DNA from: Nageia nagi
Lineage: Eukaryota; Plantae; Pinophyta
Assembly: GCA_050084985.1 (NCBI GenBank)
Contig: JBITNC010000001.1
Coordinates: forward strand, 44,578,001-44,642,000
DNA length: 64,000 nucleotides
Reading direction: 5' to 3'
Shown here: one piece after another, positions 41,754-53,698 of the stretch
Numbering within the stretch: the first letter of the stretch is position 1
Layout: each line of letters opens with the position of its first letter
Position numbers and translations under genes: made by a program
Notes under the pieces: generated by a model
Seen by the model: the letters and a program-made list of their open reading frames with translations, nothing else
Databases searched by the model: none
What the model was told of the DNA's origin: nothing

Positions 41754-41857
41754 CACTACACCAAAAAAGGCTTTAAAGGGTGGCTAAAAGACAATGATAA
41801 AAAATCACCTTAATAGACTCTAAGAGGGTGGTTTAAAACTACCTTTAATACCACCAA
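41754..41857. mobile_element. CACTA left-end fragment
   Basis: CACTACACCAAAAAAGG terminus followed by repeated AGGGTGG(C/T)T.AAA subterminal motifs. Interrupted by the next element. Confidence 0.6.
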
Positions 41858-43221
41858 TGGATGGAGATCAAGGGAGAAAGCAAGACTCGCATTCAAGGAA
41901 AGCTCCTAGGTGGCAAAGCAAATTGGCAAGCCCTTGCATTGCCTTCAATACCAAATGAGAAGTCCAAGTATAGCAATGGATGTTAAAAGTTTGGCAGCTA
42001 TAGTTCAATTTCAGAATACAAGATCTATTCTGAGGTTAATTGATCATGATGGGAGTCATTATCAAACAAAAATACAATGATGCTTACACACAAAAATGTC
42101 CAACTCATAAGCAAATGTGAGATCCAATGGCCAACACCTCAAATATATTAATAAAAGGGCATATACAACACCATAGGAGCCAAATAGGCTTGATGTTTGG
42201 CTTGGAGGCCCAAATCTAGCACTCAACAATGACAAATATGCTCCTGGAAAGCTAACGTCCAATGCTAGGGTCCCACACCCAAATCTGGAATGGAAGAACT
42301 GAAGCACACTCCCTCAGACAAGTTGGATGCTCCACCAAAGGGCTCTTCCCAACTCCTAGTACTTCGAAAGGATAGAAGTGATGCAACCAAAGACTAAGGG
42401 TTTTCATCCTTAGTCATATCTAGTGAGGTTTTCATCCCACTAAACCCTTCTCCTGCAGGTTATCGTCCACAAGAGGCCAAGAGATGACTCCATGCCAATC
42501 CCCGAAATATCAAATATATTCAAGGCTGTCCTCTCAATGATGTGAATCTCCTTTATATAGCCTTCCTTAGGTCTAGAACTCACATAGGAATCATGCAAGG
42601 CTAGGCGTCTCATCCATAGGTCCATAGATTGACCTTGGTATCCACACAATCACTCCTAGTATTTACCACAATCATCTATAATGCTAATAAACATTCCTAA
42701 CTAAGGGAGACATCCCACATTGAGGCTCACAATTGGTCTCTTGGACCTATAAGTCTCCTATCCTGAGATCTCGCTAATACATCATTATAATTTATTATTA
42801 CTAAAAGGTACATGATGACTCCTAATTACATGGCACACTTCTAGAGGGGCATAGTATAGAGCAATCGCATTAAATGGGAGAAAATAGTAAATTTCCGCAC
42901 ATGAGATTGTAGAAGATTGGTTTGACAGGCAAACGTCAAAATGCAATATCTCACTCATTCCCTGATGAAACCATGTCATGTAACTTGTCCAAACATTTGG
43001 CACGAGATGCTCTATCCAAATCAGAAGACGAATCAACAATCCAAAACCTGTGGTGAAAGGTAAGGGTAAGAAAAAGGCATAGGTTAAGAAAAGGCACATG
43101 ACAAACTTCCCCATTTTTCTTGACCTCAAGCAATTCAAAATAATACAAACACCATCTCACTATCGCCAAGCTGAATCCAACTGCAATTCCAGGATCCCAA
43201 ATCAATGTCAAAGTATGTTCA

Positions 43222-44310
43222 TCATGTTGACATTGTCCTACTCTCTTCTTTTTGGCAGGAAGAAACAAAGGTACAAAGACAACACTCTCGACATGTAGAA
43301 ATACAATCGTCCAAGTATCCATCAAGATCCATACATGCTGCAAGTATCACCTGAAACACTTTCTTCACTACATCATGGTCATCCACTAGCTCACGCTCAT
43401 CAAATACCATTTTCGCCGCAAACTGATTTCTGATTTTTTTAGGAAGAACAGTCCTAAGTACCATGGAAAATGATCCTTCACACCAACAAAGAAATGCAAG
43501 TTCAGCCCTCATGCAATGCACAACAACAACTGGAAGCCTAGGTTTTACAACAACCTCTTTCATCAATTCAATCACAGCAAACACAAAGGGATCAGACCAG
43601 TTACTGTATGCAGTCCCTAGTGACTCCAAATCATCCTCCCAAATCATGTCAACAGTCTTTTCCATCATCACAAAATCTGCCAACACTTTGCTACCACAAA
43701 TTGGCACGCATGCAGTCCCTAAATCTGTGAAAAGTGCAGCTCTAAACTCAGTCCGAAGTATCTCCAAAAGTGCAGCCCAAAGATCAGTCTTCATCTTTGT
43801 CTTCACAATCCCTGCTGTCCTCAAAAGTGTTGTCCAAACAGCCAAGAATATAGCCCCATCAGTCATGAGAAATGCAATCCAAAATGTTGACAATATTGTC
43901 CCTTCAATGTCCTTGAATGAATGAAGATCAGGTCTGAAGTAAATGACAGTCATGGGAAGCCATGAACTAGGCTCAAACTTGTCCAAACGTGTGACGGTAA
44001 CTCCCAACAGTCTTGCCAACTTCTTGCAGTAGGAATGAGGTCCAAAAAGCACCATGTGTGATGTCAAAACAGTCCCCAAAGATGTGTCAACAGCAGCCAA
44101 TAATACAGTCCCTTGGAAGCCAACAACAATCCAAGCAAAGTCCCTATCTTCTTGACGATGAACAGCAGTCCGTCGCTTCTCAAATGCAGCCCATGAAGAG
44201 TGAAAAAGAGTCTTCAAAACATTACCAAGAATTACCCAAACAGTCTCCTTACCAGTGGCAGCCAAGGCACCATCAAATGCAGCCCCTACTACATGAATAA
44301 TAGGCCTCAA
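43222..44310 (-). CDS. Hypothetical 362-aa hydrophobic, internally repetitive ORF inside the non-autonomous Gypsy
   Basis: Uninterrupted ORF in the track with no recognised domain; paralogous to 44341-45324. Confidence 0.3.
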   Translation of the reverse strand: MRPIIHVVGAAFDGALAATGKETVWVILGNVLKTLFHSSWAAFEKRRTAVHRQEDRDFAWIVVGFQGTVLLAAVDTSLGTVLTSHMVLFGPHSYCKKLARLLGVTVTRLDKFEPSSWLPMTVIYFRPDLHSFKDIEGTILSTFWIAFLMTDGAIFLAVWTTLLRTAGIVKTKMKTDLWAALLEILRTEFRAALFTDLGTACVPICGSKVLADFVMMEKTVDMIWEDDLESLGTAYSNWSDPFVFAVIELMKEVVVKPRLPVVVVHCMRAELAFLCWCEGSFSMVLRTVLPKKIRNQFAAKMVFDERELVDDHDVVKKVFQVILAACMDLDGYLDDCISTCRECCLCTFVSSCQKEESRTMST

Positions 44311-44340
44311 ATCACCACAGAGAGATGCAACAACAGTACC

Positions 44341-45075
44341 TTAATCAACAGCAGTCGATACATCACTAAAACTGATAAAGAGTGCAGCTCTCAGTGTGCA
44401 AACAGCAGCCAATGATGTGTTATCAGCAAAAGGTATTATGACGCCTCTAACAACCCTCCACTCAGGAGCTTCAGACTCTATGAATGCAACATCCTCTTTT
44501 CCAATGCATGCAGTCCCTCTTCTCAACTCAAAGAATATCTTCAAGGCTCTCCATATGACAATACCAACGCTAAACTCATTCGCTGACCCAGACAATGTCT
44601 TGACAGCCCTTTGAGTATGCACAACCTCATACAACTCCTTATGGGCAATCAACTTGTTCAACAATGAAATAATCTTGAATATCCATGTACTTTCCCTTTG
44701 TCTAATGTCATTAAAGTTCAAAACCAAATCAGAAATGATGGCATACCTTTCATCAATGCTCCTATAGTTGTCAATAACGCTTCCAAACGCAGCAAACAAG
44801 TGAGTCTCAAATTTGAAACAAAACTCAACTTTTAAGAGTCCAAAATCAGTCCCATTTATCATCACAACAGCCCTTTTCTTCCACGCCACATCTGTCAACA
44901 CACTGCCCTTCAAAAATGGCACAAATACAGTCCCAAACTTTGTGAAAAGCAGAGTCCTCAAGGCTTCCATTAATGAGTGACCAGAAGCCACTGAAACAGC
45001 CTTCAAATTTGCAGCAACAGTCCTAACAGAAGTCCATGAAGGGTGAGCAGCATCCCCTAAATCAGCCTCTAACAA
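44341..45075 (-). CDS. Hypothetical 244-aa ORF, in frame with 43222-44310 and separated from it by one stop codon
   Basis: ORF track. Shares motifs (LFT.(F/L)GT..VP...GS.VL.D) with the downstream ORF. Confidence 0.3.
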   Translation of the reverse strand: MLEADLGDAAHPSWTSVRTVAANLKAVSVASGHSLMEALRTLLFTKFGTVFVPFLKGSVLTDVAWKKRAVVMINGTDFGLLKVEFCFKFETHLFAAFGSVIDNYRSIDERYAIISDLVLNFNDIRQRESTWIFKIISLLNKLIAHKELYEVVHTQRAVKTLSGSANEFSVGIVIWRALKIFFELRRGTACIGKEDVAFIESEAPEWRVVRGVIIPFADNTSLAAVCTLRAALFISFSDVSTAVD

Positions 45076-46186
45076 TGTATGAACAGCAGCAATTATTATG
45101 ACACAATTCGCTGTCTTCTAAACATGAACTTCAGTCCCAGCCAATAAGGGAAGTGCAACTCCTATTCTCCCCTTTGATTTCGTCAAAAGGGCTGCCACCA
45201 ACGTCCATGATATAGCATCTTCAGTGTGTGTCATAGATGCAACCCAAAACAATGTTGTGACAAAGTTGTTTGAGTGTAGAACAGCCTTTATCTTCTTATC
45301 AACAGCCAACCAACTCAACATCAAAGGAACTTATTCTTCCATTGCTCTTCTAAATGGATCTAGGTCTCCATCTATTATCCCACTGCTGTCACAATTCAAA
45401 TAAAATCAGGAATTGTTTCAAACCTTTCAACAGCCCTTCTATGGTTATTCCAAGCCTCTAATGATATCAAACACAGTCCTAGAGGTTGGACATCACTTCC
45501 CCAAGCTGGAATCAATTACTTTTGATGTGCCACGCTCCTAGCAAAGCCCTCCAAATCTGGACGTTGTTCTTCAATGGTTGAAGCTGCAAGAGAGAAATCT
45601 CCAATGGCCTCCATGTCTTCATTCATCAAGTCCTCTTCTAGATCTGAGATAGGATTACTCATTACCTCTTAAAAAGAAGCGCCACAATCTGATTTTGCAC
45701 AACATTCATCCGTATCATGTCAATGATCTTCGATCCCATGCATGCCTTCAAGAGGGTGTTCACTCACAATTTCTGTTTCCTCACCCTTCACATTGTTCTC
45801 CTCTTCACCTCTTAGAGCAAAGCAATCTAAGATCCGTTGACTGAATTCATCAAAAGTACAAATGAAGCTATGATCTTGGGTGTCCTCACCATGGGGCCAC
45901 CATTCTTGTGCTAATCCCTCTTCATCAGACACGGAATGTAGGGCAAAGATGGTCCTTAATTTGCACAGCCATGCCCTAGCCATTGTCTCCCCCTTTGCAT
46001 CGAATCGTGGTATCTATTCAAACTCTACCCAACGTCTTCTAGGTGGCTCATGTCTTCCTCCTGGATCTCATTTCCGTGTAGATCTTGTTCTATGAAAGTG
46101 TGGCAAAATCCTTTCCTCCAAATCTCTCATAGATACATACTCCATTGGCCGAGCAAGCATTGCCCAAGCCGCATTATTCTCACACC

Positions 46187-49100
46187 TAGTTCAAATATCT
46201 GCGAGTAATAGTCAAATTCTTGCGAGAAATCATGAGTCGAATGTCAAACAGGTAAGGAAGAGTGAATATCCGACATAGTTGAGTTCCTCAGTGTTTCCGC
46301 CGAGAAATCACACAAGAAACCGAGAGTCGGGGAAATAGACGGTGAAATCACATAAAAAGACATGCAAACGGGTTTTTGGCGAGTTTCGTCGAGTTTCTTC
46401 CCTCCAAAATCATGGATACTCATCAAATACTCGGCTACCTAACAAATAGAACCTTATTTTTAGAAAAAACACACAGATTTGCAACAAAAACGAATTTCTC
46501 TCCTTGATTATCTCATTTCACTCAGCTTTCTCCCTCTTTTGCTCTCCAGGCCCACTTGTGATGAATGTGAATGATCATCATCATTTCGAAGGGCCTCATC
46601 GTGGATTTCAAGCATTTCACCACAAATTTGACAAGATTTAATGATCCGATTGAGAATTTTTCGATCTCACCATGCATTTGAAGAGCTAGGGTTGGTTTTT
46701 TTCTTTCAATTTTCACCGCGGAATTTTTTTTCTTCTATGCTTATGTTAATGCCCATACTTCAAAAGGGTATTTTTTCGTTTTTGCATATTTTGTGATTTT
46801 TTTAAGGTTTAGGGTTAGGGTTTGTAATGGGTTTTATACTTTTTTGCACTTTCCAAATGGCAACTAAAGATGAGGGCCATGCATATGTACCTCCTCCTCA
46901 AGCCCCAACCCCATCCCCAGGGACAGATGTTGCTTGGAAGCATGGCACAAAGGGTAAAGCTCCAAATGAAGTGATTTGCAATTATTGAAAAATAGGTCTC
47001 AAAGGTGGTATCAATAGATTAAAATACCATCTTGCAAGGATTCCAAGTCATGATATAGTACTTTGTAATGCTACACCTCCAGAGGTCACACATGAGATGC
47101 AAACCTTGATTACCACACAAATAGAAAACAAGATTGAAAAGCAAAAGACCAAAAGGGCAGTTGGTGCAAGATTGGGGGGAACATCAACTTTGAATAATCT
47201 ATATCCTAGCATACATGGTACATATGGGGGGTCTTGTACCCCGTACCGTACGTACATGTACCACATTTGGTACGCGTATCGGGGCACATACCAAGTGGCT
47301 ACATTAAAAAACACAACAAAATAAAAAAATCACTTGCCCTCTTCCATTTTAACTTGCCCTCTCTCACTTCTAACATCAAAACACTCACTCACTCACATTC
47401 AGCTTTTAAGTTTCAAGGGTCTTAGCATTGAATATTGGCCATTGAGCAAAGGGGAAAAAGCAAAGCATTCACATGGATAGCTCCTCTAAAGAGGCTTCTT
47501 CTTGTTGTTTTTCTTGTACAGCCTCATCTGTAAAGGTTTATTTTGGATTTTGCATCATGTTATACTTATCATGTATAGGAGTTAATATAGAGTCTAGACA
47601 TGGTTTTCCTTCTAAAATGTTATTTATGTGTATCTAATATCATTCTTATTTTTTCACAAATTGCAAGTTAATATGGTATGTTAGAAAAACCACACACGTG
47701 TATATATATATATATATATATATATCTGTGTGTCGTACTAGCGTACCAGATTTTCAACACCTAAACGTACCACATACTAGGTACTCATATTTGTGTACCA
47801 ATGTACCTCTATACCATGCGATCTAGTCTATATCAGATTCTTACTTACGCCAAAACCAAATCCTCGATCAAATGAAAATACATCACAAGCATGTTCAGTG
47901 AAGCATCACACCGTGGATGGTTTCTTTTTTCCTCATACAGAGGTACAACCTTCTCTTAACACTATAGGATGGGGTCAAGAAAAAATTGCAAAAGCTCGAG
48001 AAGCAGCTACAAATTTTTGGTATTATTGCAACATTCGTTTTAATATTACAATTAGTCCTTATTGGGTGGCCATAGTGAATGCATTCATCAATGTTGGAAG
48101 AAGGATGAAGGCCCCTACCGCAAACGATTTCAATGGTCCTTTGCTTGAGATTATGAGCAAAGAAAGAGTTGGCGCAAACATGGATGCACCATCATGTCAG
48201 ATGGATGGACAGATACGAAAAACCATACGCTCCTTAACTTCATGGTGGCATCAAGTGGATCAATGGTCTTCTTGAAGTCGATTGATGCATCGAATAAGGT
48301 CAGAGATGCATCATTGCTTTTCAAATTACTTGAAAAAGTGGTGTTGGAAGTGGGCATGGAGAATGTTGTCCAAGTTGTGACAGACAACACTTTAACATAT
48401 GTTTCTGCAGGAAAAATGCTTGAAGAAGTGCAGAACTTTATTTTGGAGCCCATGCACAACCCATGTGATTGACCTTATGAAAGAGGACATGGGCAAGCTT
48501 ACATGGATTAAAAATGTGGTTGAAGAAACAAAAATAATTACCAAATTCATCTACAAACACCTTGGGTGCTTAGTTTGATGAGAGAAAACACGAGTGGCAT
48601 GGAGATTATTCGTCCAGGTATCACTAGATTTGCCTCCAATTTTCTAGCATTACAAAGCCTCTTTGAAGCGGAAGCTCCTCTTAAGAGGATGTCTATTAGT
48701 GATAAATGAAGGGAGTTTTCTTTTCGTCAAAGTGAGGATGGGGAGAAGGTCCAAAAGATATTGTTTGATGACTTCTTTTGGAAGGGTGTTGAGGAGGTCT
48801 TGAAGGTAATTTAAATTCTTTTTTTATGTTTTTTGTTTTTTAAATTTTTAGTTTGTAACTTTCCAAGTTTGTAGTTTGTGACTTTGTATTTTGTAAATCT
48901 AAATTTGTTTTATTTATGATTTCTAGGTCACCGAACCTTGGCTCAAAGTTCTTCGTCTTGTAGATGGTGATTTGTTGTCAATGGGCTATTTGTATGAGGC
49001 CATGGATAGGGCAAATGGGGTTGTCCAACGCATGTATAGAAGAAAAAATAAATTGGACCAACTTGAGAGAATCATTGATAAGAGATGGACCCATCATCTC

Positions 49101-49460
49101 CATCGACCTTTATATGTAGTGGGGTACTACTTGAACCCCAAGTTTTTTTCTTCCGATACATTTGAGGTCAATGATGAGGTTATGGATGGCCTCTATACTT
49201 GCATCAAGAGGATGATCCCCGATGATGACCTTAGGGCTCGTTGTCCAAATGAGATGCATGCCTATAAGATGGTTGATGGGAGGGTTTTTTCATCAATTAT
49301 TTGTTAAATGTCAAGGACAACCTTGCAACTAGGTAATAATTTAAAATTCAATAAAATTACAAAAATAGGGTCTTTTTATTATTTTAAAATTTAGTATTTG
49401 CAATTTTATAAAATCTAGATTGAGTTTTTAAAAAAGTCATTTCTTATGTGTAGATTTGGA
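46187..49460 (+). mobile_element. hAT DNA transposon with intron-containing transposase pseudogene (3'-truncated)
   Basis: CCGAG/CTCGG-rich subterminal region. BED finger AWKH...VICNY...GGINRLKYHLA (46930-47075). DUF659 core SDGWTD..LLNF...VFLKSIDAS...VVQVVTDN, then RPGITRFA. Intron 48806-48926. MGYLYEAMDRA...HRPLYVVGYYLNP. Intron from 49333. Confidence 0.92.
47206..47826. mobile_element. hAT-type MITE nested in the transposase
   Basis: Perfect 8-bp TSD TCTATATC (47198-47205 and 47827-47834), imperfect TIRs CTAGCATACATGGTA / TACCATGCGATCTAG, GTACC subterminal repeats and an internal (TA)n at 47701-47725. Confidence 0.88.
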
Positions 49461-49660
49461 TTTTTAATCCCTCTACTTATACAGTTCACATTTTTGCCAA
49501 ATACTGGAAAAAAGAGAAGGATCTGCACAATTGACGGCATTCAATTTAACATTAAGAAACAAACATCATCAATATGAGACTCCAAGGAATTTTATACTAA
49601 ACATATATACAATACACACACTTTAGCAAACATGTATATACAATTTTACTGTGAATAAAA

Positions 49661-49663
<3 letters not shown>

Positions 49664-49693
<30 letters not shown>
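49664..49693. repeat. (AT)n microsatellite
   Basis: About 15 AT units. Confidence 0.95.
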
Positions 49694-49695
<2 letters not shown>

Positions 49696-50660
49696 AACTC
49701 AAAAATAAAATAAAATAAAAATTGCATTTTGTACTTTAAATATTAAGCCTATTACAAGATCCATAAATCAAAAGTCTAACGTAAATATTTGACAACATAA
49801 CTGACAAACAGAAGCTCAGCCTTACATGAGAAGCTCAAGCAAAATGACTTTATCCAACATAGTTACCATCCATTCACAACTCGCTTCAAACAAAATAATG
49901 GTTTCCCTTAATTTGGAATATAAGCAATTAAAGTGATGAAAAGATTATTTGAAAATGAATATAATAAAAAATTTGTTTAGCCTGAGATCTCGTATGTGTC
50001 AGTATTAACATTTAACCAAGTTTACAAATAAAATGATTTCTCTTTTGGTTTTTAATTAAAAACTAAAACACAAACACACAAAAAGAGAGAACGTTAAACA
50101 AAACAAATCAGTTAAACTGCCAAAACAATTCAGACAGAACTAAACAGTATGGTGTCTCCTCTCAAAATGTAATGAAGTATATATTGAAATACCAAGCAAC
50201 TAACACAATCACATATACATTTGACAAAAGATTCATCCATCATGTTTGATCCAACACCATCATCAACAAATTGTATATTCTCCAGAACCTTTAATCAAGA
50301 GACTTAGACTACCTGTCACTCTAAAGCTCTAGCTCAGCTGAATTTATTTTCCGTTTTGCATTTCAGTAAAATATAACATGACAATCTAAAATCAATCATA
50401 GTAATTCTTTTAAACTTTTTTTCATCTATAAGTTAACAATGGAAAACATTTTTCCATACAAAAAACTCCCAAACGCAGGAACTATCTCCTATATCGGGAG
50501 ATGCCAAACAAAATCATATGTCTTAGCAGGATGTCAACCAATACACTTAAGTAGGCAAATACAACGTAAGGTTTTGGTTCACGTGAAACAATACAACAAA
50601 TTTAACATATACAAAATGCATTTGTTAATCATATTTAGGGTCTCAGATCAGAGAACTATG

Positions 50661-51880
50661 ACTGCAGAATACATTAAACGGTTTATACAATATTCAGCGT
50701 ATACCAATGCAAGAAATCATTACGTTGAAGGTTAATACCGTGAAAGAAATTGAATTGTAGCATACCTGACAATCCCTTAAGCTTTCCTTAATACGCTTAA
50801 TAATTCTCAATCGTTACTTCCATCCTAATTCTCAAAAACACAAGCAACGGAACACAATCATTAGAAGAACTAATCACTGCAAAACTATCTATACTAATCA
50901 AAAAATTAATTTTATTTAATCTAAAATGGTACCTGTTCCAGCATATTATCTCTTTCATCAAACACAAGTATACTGATATATTTCGTATCCAAAAATTTTG
51001 ATGACATCAACTTCTTAATTCGTGCTGAAGTGCCAATAACAACATGCTCCTTCATCGGTTCCTGTTGTCTTATGTAGCTAGCGAGCTCTGCAGAACTACG
51101 AATAGCACTCGAAACATCACACAGTGATGTTATACAAGTGGATTCGCCCATTTTCATTCAGGCTTCTTGGATTTTTTTTGGCTAATTTTGATATTGGACA
51201 TTCGCATATTGCTTATGGTATACCATGCTTCGGATTAATACGATTCAAGATACCCACAACAACAGAGAACTTTGGCTGCAGAATACATTAAACGGTTTAT
51301 ACAATATTCAGCATATACCAATGCAAGTAAACATTATGCTTAAGGTTAATACCGAAGGAAATTGAATTTTAGTATACCTGACAATCCCCCTGGCTTTCCT
51401 CAATACGCATTAGAATTCTCAATGAATCATCGCTGCTTCCATCCTAATTCTCAAAAACACAAGCAACAGAACACAATCATTAGAAGAACTAATCACGGCA
51501 AAATTGTCTATACTAATCAAGAAATTACTTTTATTTAATCTAAAATGGTACATGTGCGAGCATATTATCTGCTTCATGAAATACAAGTATACTGATGTAT
51601 TTCGTATCCAAAAATTTTGATGGCTATCAACTTCTTAATTTGTGGTGGCGCGCCAATAACAACATGCTCCTTCACCGGTTCCTATCGTCTTATGTAGCTA
51701 GTGAGGTCTGCAAGACTACGAATAGCACTCAAAACAGCACACGGTGATGTTATACAAGTGGATTTGCCCATTTTCATCCAGGCTTCTTGGATTTGTTTGG
51801 CTAATTCTGCAATTGGACATATGCATATCGTTTGTGGTGAACCAAGCTTCGGATTGATTCGATTCAAGATACCCACAACA
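50661..51880. repeat. ~615-bp tandem duplication carrying the helicase fragments
   Basis: CTGCAGAATACATTAAACGGTTTATACAATATTCAGC starts both units (~50662 and ~51277). Homology covers introns as well as exons. Confidence 0.9.
50766..51262 (-). pseudogene. LOS4: DEAD-box helicase DDX19/Dbp5 (plant RH38/LOS4) fragment, copy A, intron-containing
   Basis: MKMGESTCIT...HVVIGTSARIKKLMSSKFLDTKYISILVFDERDNMLEQ|intron|DGS..RIIKRI..DCQ. Exons 50933-51262 and 50766-50824 with a GT-AG intron. Confidence 0.85.
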
Positions 51881-51960
51881 AAAAATGCAATCTTCGCTAA
51901 GCCGTTGGGGGCTTGAGCAACTAAATTCTAAAACGGTGGTGACAATATCATTCCAACTGT
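51378..51960 (-). pseudogene. LOS4: DDX19/Dbp5 (RH38/LOS4) fragment, copy B
   Basis: MILSPPF*NLVAQAPNGLAK...GILNRINPKLGSPQTICICPIAELAKQ...KMGK...ILVFHEADNML|intron|DGSSDDSLRILMRIEESQGDCQ. Motifs I, Ia, Ib and II are degenerate, with stops. Confidence 0.88.
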
Positions 51961-52118
51961 CGACCTTTACTATTTAGGAAACTGGTGATATGTCTTATAA
52001 GGTCACACTTGGAATGCAAGTATTACTAATTATAAAATTGTTGATATGAATTGTAAGGTTATTACTTGGTATGAAAAGGCTCATTACTTGTGCATATGAA
52101 TGGTATTTACATACATGG

Positions 52119-53698
52119 TGTAATGTCCCACATCTTTTTTTGCAATGTAAATAAATAAATTTTAATGGTTTTAGTATTATGAGTCATCTTTAGCAGTTAA
52201 TGGTATTTTGGGAAGATAATTTTATGATAGCAAAGCCACTTTGACAGTCAAAGTAAGTGTTAGACGTGTTCCAAATGGCAAGTTGGTGTCTTAGCTACCT
52301 TTGGTGGAAAAGTCAGCCTAGTGGGCAGTTACAAATTAGCTATAATGCATGCTGGGCAGTTACAAATTAGCTATAATGCATGTTGGGCAGTTACAAATCA
52401 GAAATAATGCCTTTTGGGCAGTTACAAGTCGGAAATAGAGGTTTTTGTGTTAAATATGTTTAATCTATTAGCAGCACTCTAAGTTGATCTCAGCCATTAG
52501 ATCTTGCAGAGATCAATGGCCAGGGTTAGCTGTCTTTTGGGAAGCCTAAGCATAAAATAGAGGGGGTTTTCAATGAGCAGGGTTGGCTGATTTCTGGGAA
52601 GAGAGTTTGGAGAGTTTGGTTGCTTTTGGCCTTAGCACTCAGCTGAGGAATTATAGAGGGGTTCCCATAAGAGCTACTCTGATGGAAGCTTGAGGAGAGG
52701 ATCTTGAAGCTCATACCCAGATTTGTGTTTTGCATGTCTAGTATTTTCATGTGTAACATCAGAAATGAAGGGGAGATTGGTTCATCGGAGCTATTGAGAG
52801 CTTACTTGACTTGCATGCTTCATATTCTGATAGCTTATCAATAGATCCATGAGGAGAATGGTTCATTGTGATTACAATCATTATTCTTGCTGAGTTAGAC
52901 AGAGAAGCTGCTATTCCATGGGTGGGAAATCATATCAAAGCACCTATCATTTGTTTGAAGTTGATCTCTACCCAGCTTGGAATGTGGGGCAAATTTGTGT
53001 ATATTTGCAGGGATGTTGGGCAGGAACCATTCCCTAGTGGCATGTTGGTCTTGTTGAATGCTCAGAACTGCATCTTAGACAGTTTAATGACGTAGTTCAG
53101 AGTTTTTGCATGATAACCTGAGGGTGAATCTGCTGTATTGTCTACGGTGTCACAGAGTTGGGCTTTGTTGGAATCCTCCCATTATTCTGAACTGGGAGCA
53201 ACCCCTATTCTTGTACAAACCAGCAAGATATTGATCAGTACTCTGCCTAACACTGGTATGTGGGTATATTAAAGGAATTAGAGGTTGTTTATGATGCATT
53301 ATATGGTGTTTTCAGTAATTACAAAGACAGAACTTGACGTCTGTTCCATCCTTGTTTGTGAGAGCTGTCCAAAGTTTCTAGTTTATTATTATCTACTGAA
53401 GTTGTCATTCTGTGCTTATTAGAAAAGAAAACAAAAAAACAAATAAATAAGATTTATGTTCTTAATGTAGTGGTTTGAGTTTGTGTGGATTATATTCAGC
53501 CTATCTCACATGGTTTGAAGTATTGTTTAGCATCAAAGGTTGTTACTTGACATTTAATAATATCACATAGAACTAATTACCAATCTGTGTTTATATTATT
53601 GTTGTCATTTGAAAAGATAAAAGTAACTCCATATTAAGTTTAAATCTCACTGTTTTGTTTATTTCTGGAGCGTTCAAGAGAGCAATTTGAATTTTACA
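52119..53698 (+). mobile_element. Solo or truncated LTR (~1.6 kb)
   Basis: TGTAATGTCCC start and ATTTTACA end followed by PBS-like TTGGTGTCTG. TATA-like CATAAAATAG ~52551. Internal 31-bp tandem repeats GGGCAGTTACAAAT... x4 (52323-52440). Confidence 0.6.

Larger units (their letters stand above)
41858..46185 (-). mobile_element. Non-autonomous Gypsy derivative: short gag remnant + long repetitive ORFs + PPT + 3' LTR
   Basis: Gag N-terminal motif MARAWLCKL...EWW...HSFICTFDEFSQRILDCF (45720-45983). CTTGAGGTCAAG-AAAAATGGGGAAGTT|TGTCATG PPT/LTR junction at 43103. Reverse TATA GGCTATATAAAG at ~42551. No RT, RH or INT. Left boundary uncertain. Confidence 0.7.

Noticed and set aside
43463-44614. Plus-strand S/T/A-rich ORFs
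   Set aside because: Antisense shadows of the minus-strand repetitive ORFs.
53501-53513. Alternative LTR end at 53508 giving a CATGG TSD
   Set aside because: The terminus is not an inverted match to TGTAAT. ATTTTACA at 53698 with a PBS-like flank fits better, though this remains unresolved.
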